Assembly (NCBI GenBank): GCA_030704615.1
Contig: CM060732.1
Coordinates: 50,344,001 to 50,408,000 of the forward strand
From: Takakia lepidozioides
Taxonomy: Eukaryota > Plantae > Bryophyta
Length of the DNA: 64,000 nucleotides
Reading direction: 5' to 3'
Both the position numbers and the translations under genes were made by a program. How positions within the stretch are numbered: position 1 is the first letter of the stretch; the number at the start of each line of letters is the position of its first letter. A model generated the notes under the pieces. It saw nothing but the letters and a program-made list of their open reading frames with translations. It was not told the DNA's origin and made no database searches. This document shows, one piece after another, positions 1 through 10,904 of this stretch.

Positions 1-789
1 GTTGGGTGGATATTACATTTTTTAATACCAGCCGGGTCCTGGTATCAGCGTTTCTTTTATACTACCGTAGTCGGCAGACTGATCCGGCAGTGAAGTGCCG
101 AATATTTATTTTCTTTACAACAAAACACTCCGGCATAACTTAAGGAAATTTCTAGATTTTACGGCAATGCCACGAGGAGATTTTAAGTAATTTGGCGGTG
201 ACTACCAGCATGAACTTGCTCTGTCTACTGTACCAAATGTGGTAAATGAATTATGTGGGTTGCTAAGAGCCATGAGAGCATATGGTCAATCATTAAATGC
301 AGTGATTTTTCAGCCAATTATTCTAGGATTTCTCAGAGCTAAAGCGCCACAAGCTCTAGGAAAATATTTTGTGCCTTGAAACATCTTTGAGTAGTTTGTT
401 TGAGATTTTAGGCTTTTTTTTTAATGAAATTTCTGAAATATCGACAGTTGTTTCTAAATTTCCACTTATTTATTAGGCATGTTCATTTCTATTTTTATTT
501 TATTTTCTAATTATTTACTGCCGAGCTACCAATATGGAAACCAAATAGAACAAAACAGCCGACCTGATTTGTGAGCTGTCACTCCCAAGTGTTTCCATTT
601 TATTTGGAGAAACAACATATTATTCATTTTTATTCACTTTATCATCCAAACCACTTCACTACTGAAAAATAACCGGGCACTCGAGGGATTTAGTTTTTCC
701 CTTCAATAATATTTTAATAAAGTTTCATCCAGGGCCTCTGTCACCTGTTCTGAAAAATAAAAAAATAGTGAACATATATATATATATAT

Positions 790-3569
790 ATATATATTCT
801 AAGAAAGGGGAGGAAGCCCTTTTAAATTTTATTCGAATTATTTGAGGAAAAATTAAAACCCTGGGGTGCTCGTAGGCTGCCGTAAGGCATGTCTCGCAGT
901 GGGCTGCGCTGGATAACTCTAGATCAATCAAAAGAGACGATGTCGGGACCATTTGACTAAGGGACGAGCCCTAAAGAACAAAGGGCTACAGTGTACTGTA
1001 GCTTGGCTGTTGAAACAGTTACTCTAGGAGGATTGCCGACGAGGACCTAGCAAGATCAAACATAGCGCAGGGATGCAAGAACAATTACCCTAGGTCGGGG
1101 AGGGACCTAGCAAGCTTACTTAAAACGAAAGCGAGAGAAGAGTAGACTCTTATGAGAGAGCCCCTAGATATTTATATATGAAAGTGAAGTCTAGCTGCCG
1201 AGGAAGATCTGATGTGTTTCCAGTTAACCTCCGACTTCTCAAATTCCGGGGAAGCTGAATAGCCTGGCTCTGTGCCCTTGCCAACATTCGGGGTCTGTTG
1301 GGCCACACACAAGAGAGCTCATGGGAGCAGTCACACATGATCCCAAGCTTCCCCCACGTTGATCGGAATGCATGGAGGAGGGCTGGCTAACATTGCGGCT
1401 TCTTGGCGACCTTTGCACACAAAGCCGCCCAAGCCTTTTTAGCTGCCACTGTAAGATCAAAGAAAACTAGAGTGAGCAGCGCAGTGGGAGAGGTATTCTC
1501 ATTGTCCAGGATCCACGCACATCTGATTTTCCATAAATTCCATAGAGTGGTTGTCCTGAGTGTCTTGAAGACAGGGCAGTCCGAAACAATAGCTTTTTGT
1601 CCTTTGTCATAATTTAGGAGAATGGGCATTGGTTGTAAGGGCATGGTGCCCCACGCCACGTAGAATGAGCGCACCAGAGGCCATATAGTGTTAGGTGCCA
1701 CACAGTCAATTAGGCAATGTTCAAGGGACTCTATGATCCCAATGTTGCAACATTGATAGAGTAAAGCCTCCCTGAAGTTCAAGAACTGTCCCACTTTGAG
1801 CACTCTATTGGCCACTTGCCATAGGAAGGCACTGACTTTGGCATATTTGGATTTGTGCCAGATAAGAGACCATATAGATTTCCAGTTTTCATTTGCAAAG
1901 TTTTGGTGACCCCATCTGTCGTTCCATTTCGCATAGAGGGGTTTTGCCCCGAGAAGTGTCTTGTAGGCTTTCTTTGCTGAGAAGGAGAAGATGGGGTGGA
2001 GGTCGTTATCAAATTTCCAATTCCATTCTGTCGGGTCCAGCTGAAGGGATTGAATGTCAGTGCCACCAATAAGGACGAAAGCAACTTTTTGTAACCAAGT
2101 AAGGAGAGGGGAGGTAAGAGATGCCATGGGATCAAGGGTTCTGGAGGAGTCAGACCATAAGCAGATGCGAGCAGGAGAGGCTGATGAGGAGGGGATGGTA
2201 ATAGTCCGGGGAGAAGATAAGGAAAAAAATCCCGAGAGTGTATCTCAGGCATAGAATTCATAGCCAGTAATAGTGAGGGCATTTGTGTCCGTGAGGTAAA
2301 GTACATGGAGTGGGGCTAGATTGGATAGAACCCAATGGTGTGGAGCGAGTGGATAAGACCCATCCTTTAGCAGAAGTTTCCAGGAGTCAGGGATAGATTC
2401 AATGATCTGAGTGATTCCAGACCTGAGACGTCGTGCACCAAGAGCCTGCTCAAGGGATAGGGGGGTGTTGTCCCAAAGATTTTTGACTGTAACTATCCCT
2501 CTCATCTCCCATGCAGCCCATTTTTTAGCCTCACTCTTTGCTTCAGCAGATGGATTTGGAGAATTTAGGAAGATGGGCTGTCTCAAGACCTCATGGAAGG
2601 TAGAAGGGTTTCTTTTAATTAGGAAAGGTCTGAAACAGTTCCACGCAGACCAAATCGATTTCCATAGCTGGGAACCCAGGGATTTGTGGTTGAAACCTTG
2701 AACTATCCAACGTGAGGATGCTGGCCACGCAGTCCCTTGGCCAGGAAATGAAGCCTCAATGGTATTAGCCAGTAATAGCTTCCACAAGCCTCCCTAGCGG
2801 GGGCCAATAAACCTAGGTATCCATTTTTCCAAGGAGAGCTTTTATCTGGGTTTACGGGTCAAGGACTCCTAATCCTTCCATTTTCTTTGGGAGACATATA
2901 TGGTGTCAGGAGACTTGGGGTCTCTTGTTCTCCGAGGAAGAACTGGCTCCCCAAATGAAGTTCCTGGTTAGCCTTTTGATTTCATTGATGAATTTGGAAT
3001 CAGGCCCCCAAGCGGAGGCAAAGTACCAGATACCTGCCATCAGGATCTGGTTCGCCACAAGTGCTCTGCCCGTGACTGAAAGGTGGGAAGAACCCCAGTA
3101 GGCCAACTTTCTTTTAAGCTTTTGTATAGTGGGGGCCATTCTTTGTTCTTCAGTGAGGTTGACCCCAAATGTGTGCCCCAGTAGCGTGGTAGTCTCTCTT
3201 TCTTTGAGCCAAATGAGGGCAAGATGGCCACCCGATGTTGGGGATACCCCAATGGTGGATTTAGAGGGGTCCCCCACGAGAAGGGCTTTTGTCTCCAGTT
3301 GAGTCATGGATTCTGGCATGCTACCTGAAGACTTAATCTTGTTGGCCATGTCACAAAAGTCTTTGGATATAACTGGCCAAAGCTTCTTGTAGAATTCGAC
3401 CGGGATCCCATCCAGGGCAGGGGCCTTGTTGTTGTTCATAAGTTTAAGTGCATCCTCTAACTCTTGTTCAGTAAACTCCGCGAGCAGATTGGGAGAGTCT
3501 GATGGCACCAGTTTTTGGGGGATAGAGAGAAGGCATTGCCTCAAACGGTCCTGGAAGGAAGAGAGCAGC
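790..3569 (-). mobile_element. L1-clade LINE, 3' part of ORF2 (post-RT region, zf-RVT-like zinc finger) plus 3' UTR; degenerate, RT core deleted
   Basis: Minus ORFs 2906-3544 (KAPALDGIPVEFYKKLW...LAYWGSSHLSVTGRALVANQIL), 2245-2787 and 1387-2127 (KVSAFLWQVANRVL...CC...ESLEHCLIDC...LWNLWKIR) are typical of L1 ORF2. Frameshifts lie between them. MPESMTQ joins directly to post-RT sequence and no YADD is present. Confidence 0.9.
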
Positions 3570-3983
3570 TAGGTCATGAACCCAGCCCCATGAGCCTGGG
3601 AGTTAGGCTCCCATTTAGCGCAGTAAGCATGAGCCTAGACTCACGCTTGGTAAGCATGAGCCCAGGGTCTAGGGTGTATTGGAAATAACACCTATTCCCG
3701 AGGACCTGAGAACGAGGGCCTATTCCAGTTGGAATGGCCAACACTACCTTCAACTGCACAACGCAATAAGAGAATCCAAGAGCACTTTTGGGAAATGAAC
3801 GACAGCACAATCCATGCCTATGCAATGATAGAATATCACCATATATTACATGAGTTGCATAGGACCGGCACATGAGTGAGTGATTGAATGAAGACATGTA
3901 CTGAAACACCACTATGTTATTGCTTCATTGTTACTCAATTTCCGCGCATAGTATAAAATGCAGACAAACAGTACGCCTACTAC

Positions 3984-4410
3984 TTAACCGGTCTCGGATC
4001 TGTCACGTTGCAGAAGAGTATGGACTTCACCAGGTGATTGCGTGCTTTGGTGAATGTACTGGTCTCTTTTGGGGTCACAACACATCCTACGCACTAAAAT
4101 GTAGTACAGGTGTTTACAAAGAACCCACTTCCTCTTCTTTCCCAGGCTGCCCTCACGCATGCAAATGAAATCCGGGCAAGTGCAGTCCGGACATGTGCCA
4201 ATTATAACCTGATACGCCTTATCTTGAAGAAGCAAACTGGAAGTGACCATTGTGTCCATACGATCAAATCCAGGGGGGGAGGACTTCCATGATAGATGTC
4301 ACCCTCGCCTGCAACATCGCCTGTCCATCTTTAGTTACAACACTCCGGCATCTGCACCCATCCCGTGAGCCCAACGAATGCACTTTTGGCAGGTTTCCCA
4401 CGCATATGCC
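3984..4410 (-). pseudogene. SWIM zinc-finger protein fragment (frameshifted)
   Basis: YQVIIGTCPDCTCPDF...WVLCKHLYYIL fits the CxCx(n)CxH SWIM motif. The upstream frame (4264-4410) is shifted at the G-run near 4272-4279. Confidence 0.7.
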
Positions 4411-5180
4411 TTGAAAGTAGTGTGTGGCACCGCACACTAGTTTCAGGGCATCTGCGGTGCACGTTTTTTTTGCAGCTGCCCATTCCACACATGGTTTCTT
4501 TTCTTTTTCGTTCCCACACAGATGCCCTGAAAACAGTGTGCGGTGCCGCACACTGTTTTCAGGGCATCTGTGGTGCACGTTTTCTCTACAGATGCACTTC
4601 CCATATACGTTTATATATATATATATATAATAAATAAATAAAATATATAAATATAAATAAATAAAAATAAAAATAAAATTTTATATTTTTTCGTTCCATG
4701 GCAGATGCCCGCCAAACAGTGTGCGGCACCCCACACTGTTTCAGGGCATCTGCAGAGCATGTTTTCTCTGCAGATGCCTATCCCACAAAGGTTTTTTTTT
4801 TTTTTTTTTTTTTTTCATGTCCGGGCAGATGCCCGGAAAACAGTGTGCGGTGCCGCACACTGTTTCAGGGCATCTGCGGAGTGTGTTTTCTTTGCAGATG
4901 CCCATCCTACACAAGGTTTGTTTGTTTGTTTGTTTGTTTTTTTTTTTTTTTTTTTTCATTTTTTCGTTTTTTCGTTCCCTCGCAGATGCCGGGAAAACAG
5001 TGTGCGGCACCGCACACTATTTCAGGGCATCTGCGGAGCATGTTTTCTCTGTAGATGCCCATCCCACACAAGGTTTTTTTTTTTTTTTTTTTTTTGGTTC
5101 CCTCGCTGATGCCCGAAAAATAGTGTGCGGTGCCGCACACTGTTTTCAGGGCATTTGCGGAGCACGTTTTCTCTGCATAT
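4402..5180. repeat. Tandem array of 6 long palindromes (~53 bp) with poly-T / AT-rich spacers
   Basis: Unit GCAGATGCCC-GAAAACAGTGTGCGG(TG/CA)CCGCACACTGTTTT-CAGGGCATCTGC starts at ~4402, 4518, 4701, 4825, 4982 and 5105. Confidence 0.95.
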
Positions 5181-5757
5181 CCCACATACGTTTTTTTTTT
5201 CCACCCTTGCCTGCTGGGGATGGCAGCTGCACACAAGCTCCACAACACCACACCCTTCATACTTATTCCATCCGTTCCTCTAAAAAAATCAACCTATATA
5301 GACACTCCCCACTCCACCCCGCCATCGTCCATCCCTCCCTGTCTGACCACCTCCCTCCCTGTATCGGATTCTTGAACCCTCTATGATTGCATATGCATTA
5401 TTGGATGCGTACATGTGGAGGGATTGCATACGTGCGTACATACACGACGTGGCCACATTCATCTATGTAGAGGACTATGCATCCACATCCACTATTTCGT
5501 CCCTAACATGTCGGATGATGTTCCATTGAAACACAACTACATTCATCCATTTCGTGGCATGCAAGGACTTGATATGTAAACCAATCTAAATGGGTGAAAC
5601 AATAGATGGAATAGATGTAACAGATGTGATCTAGAATAACTGAAAACGGTTAATGTATCCGCGGAATTAGGCGCCTCCCGCGGGAATAGGCCCTGCAAGT
5701 TCTGGATTCCATGCTGACGTGGCGTGAGCCTATCTTAGTCTCACGAGCTCCTGGGCT

Positions 5758-7390
5758 AGCATTCCCCTGGAGGAAGGGTCTTTGGGGTATGACTGAAAGA
5801 GAGAAGTAAAGTGGTTGAAGGCAGCCGAACACATCAGTTAGGGTTGGAAGATTTGTCTCTTGTAGTGTCCGTGTAAAGCTCGGAGATATTCTGCATTGCC
5901 CTGCGTAGCTTCATTTTCTGAAAGAAGTATTTGGACATCTTCTCGCCTTCGGTTGACCAGTTAATGCCGGCTTGCATTTTCATTTTTTTTTTCTTTGAGA
6001 AGGTTGAAGCTGTCGAGGTTAAGACATGCTTCAATGTATGTCTGAAAGGTGTGATCTCGTCGCAGGAGTTGGCTTCTATCTTCTTCTGACAGATGCTAAG
6101 GCATTTTGTAAGAGCCTGGACCTTTCTTTTTTGAGAAGCTACTATATCCCTGCTCAGGTTTTGACTCAGTTTTGAGGTGGCAGCAAATTTCTCATTGAAT
6201 TTCAGAATAGGGCACCGCTGGTGCTGACCGGCATCCAGCCAGGCCTCCCATGATGGCACCAAAGGTGGTACTGCCATCCTTCTCTCCCATTCCCTTAGAC
6301 AGCTTATGGTTAAAGACGAAATCTGGGAAATAGGTAGAGTCCAATTCTGCTCTCTCCTCTTTCCCAATGACTCTCACCCCATTGGTTTCATCAACATCTA
6401 CGCGCCCAATGACATGCCTGAGGGATCTGCGCTATGGGCCAAAATCACAAACCTTATGAGCCTACAACCCAACATCAACAGCTGGGTAGTGGCTGGAGAC
6501 TTCAATATGGTGGACAATGACCTTGACAGAAGAGGCAGAGGATCCCATAACCTCAACCCAGACGATGAACTCTCTTGGAACAATCTGATCCAGACACATA
6601 GCCTCGTGGAAATCGATAGGCCTCCTCACTCTTCATCCTCCTCCTGCCCTCACTTCACCTAGACAAACAACAGAGGCTTTAAGGACCTTTGCATGGCCAG
6701 GCTAGACCGCTTCTCTCCACGAATTTGCAGCTTCCAGTCAATAAGGCTTTTGAAATTTGTGTCTCTGGATGCCGAGTGTGAAGAGGCTTCCATGATCATG
6801 GGGTCCAAGATCTCTTTTCTTTTTTTAGGTGGGGAAGAAGTAGAGATTTGCCTACCCGCTGAATCCTGAACCTGGCCAATCTGGGGAGGAGCCTGGGAAG
6901 CCTGGTTGTTGGGGATAGCTGAATTAGGAAAGATATCCTCCTGGTGGTTGCATGTAGATGGAGGAGAGATGTGAATATGAGGAGTCTAAGCAGCTCCTCT
7001 CTGATATGTGACATCTCTTTTCCTTTTCGCCTTAGGGCAGTGGGCCTTGAGGTGACCAGACATCCCACAGTAATAACAGGCAGATGTGGCTGTGTCTTTG
7101 GACAATTTAACTGAAAAGAAGTTTCCATGGATGTCTATGGGCAACCTGATGAATTCTGGTAGAATAGTTTCATTTGGCATCATGACAACTATTTTAACAA
7201 ACCTATCCTCATAAGCCCTGGATGCGATTGTGCTCCTCCTCCACGCTGGATTCTCCCTTATGGTCTTGGTATTCATGTTTAGATCAAAAACCGCAAGGCA
7301 ACCCAAGTAAGTCCCAAAGAAGTTGCCAATATCTGGAAGGCTAAACAATTGTGAACAATTGTTTTTGATCTCCCTCAAAAACTGTTGTTG
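5758..7390 (-). mobile_element. L1-clade LINE, 5' part: ORF1 with CCHC knuckle and start of ORF2; the endonuclease segment is inverted
   Basis: ORF 6986-7378 has CYYCGMSGHLKAHC. ORF 5834-6367 has the W..EGEKMSKYFF linker. APE motifs (GGTAIL, NIYAPN, VAGDFN, RLDRF) lie on the + strand at ~6250-6715. Confidence 0.85.
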
Positions 7391-8315
7391 AGGTAATTAT
7401 CTTTAAAAAAAAAGAACATAATGGCATTGAAAATAGATATTATGTCGACAAGCTCTATGACACAAAAACTTGAGATTTGACCACAAGGTCTTATGCCATC
7501 AATAGCACCATCATTACCACAAGAAATATTGTAAACTAAACTGATTACAAAGTATATATGCTAAGTAGTACAGTATAGTATATACAAGGAACATTGTTGG
7601 CTCCATACCCTCCCTCAATGTACATGTGGATGTGGCGATCCCTTATAGGTGCTGAGCGGAATCTGGCCCCTCCGTTCTAGCGTCCCTCCAAGATGGCGAC
7701 AAGTGGCTCCATCTTGCACACCCTTCCGTGAAAGATGGGCCCACCACATGAACCCCATCTATTTTCAACCTTATTTTCTTTAACCTCATTCGCCAGGCCC
7801 ATTCAAAGTCCCCATTTGGCGATAAATCGCCAATAAAAGAATGGCTACACCAAGGCCCCAAAAACAAATAGGACCATAGCTTATTAATAGAGGGAGTACG
7901 AATGAGAATAATGGCCCCAGGATTGTGTCAGATGTGAAGATTAGAGGGTGGTCCAGGAATTAAAAAGCGGGGATTATAGTAAGCTACACAAGGACTCGGA
8001 TGAATAATCGTCACATAAGGGGGTAAGACAAAAGAATGCAGGAAGACAAGAGCTATTAAATTGGGGATGGTTGAGGTGCTAAATTGGGATAAAAAGGTAT
8101 CAAGTGGTGGTTTTTAGGGGTGACATGTGTCCCAGCCTTCTAGAAGGATCCCACCCAGAGGGTATATTAAGGAGAGGCCCCTTGCCTCTTACTATTTACT
8201 CACTTATTACTTACTAACTTAATAGGCCCCCAAAAAAATTGCAAACCATGTCATGATAAATTAATAGCAGTAGAGCAAATGATGAATAACCCCCACATTG
8301 AGATTAGAGAATTGC

Positions 8316-8397
8316 ATTATAGGGCCCACCCCCCAAAGGGGGCAGTAGCCGCAAGGCGAAGTGGCTCTTAGTTACGCCGGCCGGAGTCTTCTCTCTC
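8316..8397 (+). mobile_element. Short structured retroposed repeat, copy 1
   Basis: Flanked by the 11-bp direct repeat TAGAGAATTGC (8305-8315, 8398-8408) and ends in (TC)n. Homologous copies at 10343-10417 and 32399-32490. Confidence 0.8.
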
Positions 8398-9289
8398 TAG
8401 AGAATTGCCAATCCCCTACAATTTTCTCATGTATGTACTTATTGACATGTGCATGGTGCAACCATTTGGGCAACTACGATCCTCTCACCCTGCATTCTTT
8501 TCATTCGTAATGTCAAGACGTCATCCAAAAAGGCCTACATAACATCCATAGGTCCTATGCATGACGTCAGGTGATGGCCACGTCCCAGTCCTCTACCGGA
8601 CATAAGAGGATCGACTGGGCTCTCCATGACTGGCCCTCCTGGCGGCCAAGACAGGCAGTAGCCGCCACGGAGGAGTCGAACCCACGACGACCCGAATGTT
8701 TGACCATGGTGACCTGCTAATAACCTCAGGTTGGGTCGAAGAAAAGGGTAAAGTTAAAGACTGGATACTTTCGGCGCTTCACACGCGCGAATCCGGATTC
8801 TTACTGGGCCATATGCTGTCTATCTGCGCCACATCACCAATGCGCTTTTGGAAACGCTTTTTGTGATACTATGGCTTTTTTTAATACACTTTTGGAATTT
8901 TAGTATTTGATACTAGTTTCGCTTCACTATATGATATTTATGCAAGGATGGACAGCCTGCTCTTGGGATAATTTACATCCCCCTTTTTTATACAGCTTCT
9001 GAGGCCTCTGTCCCTCTTTATTAAAAAAGAAAAAGAATGGACATCCTCTACGGTTGGACTGGCGGATGCTTCGACCTCAAGTATTTTCCACACTGTAAGG
9101 TGACCCTGATTTGGGGTCAAGCGTAACAAATCACCCTGTCCGATGAGCGAAATCATTCCGATCGCACCACGGTCTATGACTAATGAATCATTATTATAAA
9201 AAGGCCACAGAGGCCAAAAATGCATTAAGAATGTATGGAAAAAGAACCATAGCCTCGAGCCTCAATGATATTTTTTTGGAATGACTTAA

Positions 9290-10030
9290 AAAAAAAGAAT
9301 GAAGAACAAGGGATTGTAGCCCTGGGAAATTTTATTATAAATTATGTGGGGAAAAAAATTAAAACCCTGGATACACCATAAGGCACACACACACACACAC
9401 ACCGTAAACGGTGAAGTAGGAACCCTTCCTCTCATTAGAGAGAGTGATCAAGAAGTCCAAACCATACTAATCTGCATATTAATCTACATACTTATCTGCA
9501 GACCAAGATTTAACTAAGATCCAATCCTAGAAGGCACAAAGAACCTAACTAAGGGGAAACTAATCAAATACTAATGGCTTGCAACCAATCTAAGAAAGCA
9601 CCCAAGGACATAGCTCCCAGGGGCTGTGCCATTTAGTACCCACACTGTCAATCAGTGGGGCCGATGGGAGGCTTGGAGAGGAGGGAAATGGCTCCACAGG
9701 CTGCACACACACACCTGACTTCCTGAGGAGCTACGGTAATGATAATGAAGCCTGGAAGCAGATGGCTTCAAGTGATTCCAGTTAATGTCCCGATCGAACT
9801 TAGGAGACATAGTTGCGCGGTGATGTCGCCAGCAGGGAGGAGGGAGCTCGGTCCAGACGCAGATGTCTTGTGCTGGGGAGTTACAGATAAGGCCATGTTT
9901 GCCCCAAGTGGCCATGGATGGAGGCCACGGTCCTCGAATTCCCTTTGATATCTGCACATGTTTTAGACCAAGCTTTTCTTGACTCTATTCCCAGATCACA
10001 AAAAACACGAGATAGAAGGGAGGATATGGT
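9290..10030 (-). mobile_element. 5'-truncated LINE, 3' end, same broad family as 790-7390
   Basis: Minus translation SLLSRVFCDLGIESRKAWSKTC aligns with ALLTLVFFDLTVAAKKAWAALC of the first LINE. The terminal motif AAAATTAAAACCCTGG is shared (~848 and ~9355). Confidence 0.7.
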
Positions 10031-10342
10031 GAATTCAATTGTGAAATAATGTATATGAACAAATAATAAAATAGTATCGGAGCCCATGCTGAAGAAAAAA
10101 GGTCGACAAAGGGGCATGACCCTATATATGATCAGGATGACCAGCGATAGCTAGACACCACACTAACGCAACGAGTTAGTCACCCCGGTTATGCAAACTT
10201 GTAATTGCACAGCTATGTAGTTCATTCATCGGATGGGCAAATTAGTGCGGTCAAAATATGCACCCCAAGTGGTGCAAAAAATTAAAAAAACCAAGCCCAG
10301 GATGCGGGGTGTAGCAGGCTGTCTGAACAATATAGTTCGGAC

Positions 10343-10417
10343 AGAGCCCACGCCTGAAAGGGGGCAGTACCCGCAAGGGGAAAGAGGCTCTTATTTACGC
10401 TAGCTTTGGGCGGCGTC
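10343..10417 (+). repeat. Short structured repeat, copy 2 (diverged)
   Basis: AGAGCCCAC-GCCTGAAAGGGGG-CAGTA-CCCGCAAGGG-GAAAGAGGCTCT-TATTTACGCTAGCTTTGGGCGGCGTC aligns with 8321-8388. Confidence 0.75.
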
Positions 10418-10729
10418 ATAGATAAACATAGTTAGCCAGCATTTGGCTGCTGGCATGTGGGATTCCATACGCTACTCATTTAGGTGGTCGCTTAATTTTT
10501 TATTTTGCATTGAATCCTCCAGGTTGTCGTGACATTCTTGGAAATGCAGGTGAGACGAGGGAATATACGATGCCAATGTCATACGGCTGGATACGTTTGG
10601 CGGAGCCATGCCATGCCAACTTTTGTCAATGACACAAATAAATAAAACATAATTGCGGAACTGGCCACATAAGCAAATAATATGCAGGAAGCGGATCGTA
10701 CCCTTTTCCGCAGCGCAAGAATAACGAGG

Positions 10730-10835
10730 CATACGTGGCACGCGTGGATTCGGCCATAAGGAGATCTAAGATATTACTCTTCGCGTTTGGCGTGCTTCGA
10801 TTGGCGTTCCGTCAGAGATCTCGACACGTGGTGGA
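10730..10835 (+). promoter_or_regulatory. Candidate light/clock promoter elements upstream of the COL gene
   Basis: ACGTGGC (~10733), AGATATT (evening-element core on the minus strand, ~10769) and a CACGTG G-box (10825-10830), about 300-400 bp upstream of the putative 5' UTR exon. Motif matches only. Confidence 0.35.
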
Positions 10836-10904
10836 TCTATTCTTGGCCGTAGGCAGTCTAAAAAGCGTCCTGGTTAGGTCAGGTAAGCGTGCCATTAGAG
10901 GAGT

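Larger units (their letters stand above)
3570..5757 (-). mobile_element. Non-autonomous DNA-transposon-like insertion carrying a SWIM zinc-finger coding remnant and a palindromic tandem array, nested in the LINE
   Basis: Flanked by AGC at 3567-3569 and 5758-5760. Removing it rejoins the LINE frame (...PKDPSSRGM|LLSSFQDRLRQC). Internal 12-bp inverted repeat AGGGCCTATTCC (3715-3726 / 5683-5694). Confidence 0.7.

Noticed and set aside
1-700. Possible TIR element (CAGTGAAGTG at ~89 / CACTTCACT at ~652)
   Set aside because: The match is short, there is no TSD, and the left part may lie outside the window.
4402-5180. CRISPR-like array of palindromic repeats
   Set aside because: Spacers are homologous and low-complexity, there are no cas genes, and the context is eukaryotic.
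4264-5386. Many overlapping ORFs with poly-F/poly-K
   Set aside because: Artefacts of the palindromic array and T-runs.
7627-8220. Possible solo LTR (TG start, TATA-like GTATATTAAGG)
   Set aside because: No second copy, CA end, TSD or PBS/PPT could be established.
8321-8370. Hammerhead ribozyme or rRNA fragment
   Set aside because: The topology is similar but the CUGAUGA core is missing. AGTACCCGCAAGGGGAAAG resembles rRNA loop-E hairpins, but the flanks are not rRNA.
8655-8710. tRNA gene (B-box GGTTCGACTCC on the minus strand; a similar box at ~30527-30538)
   Set aside because: No cloverleaf; at most degraded SINE heads.
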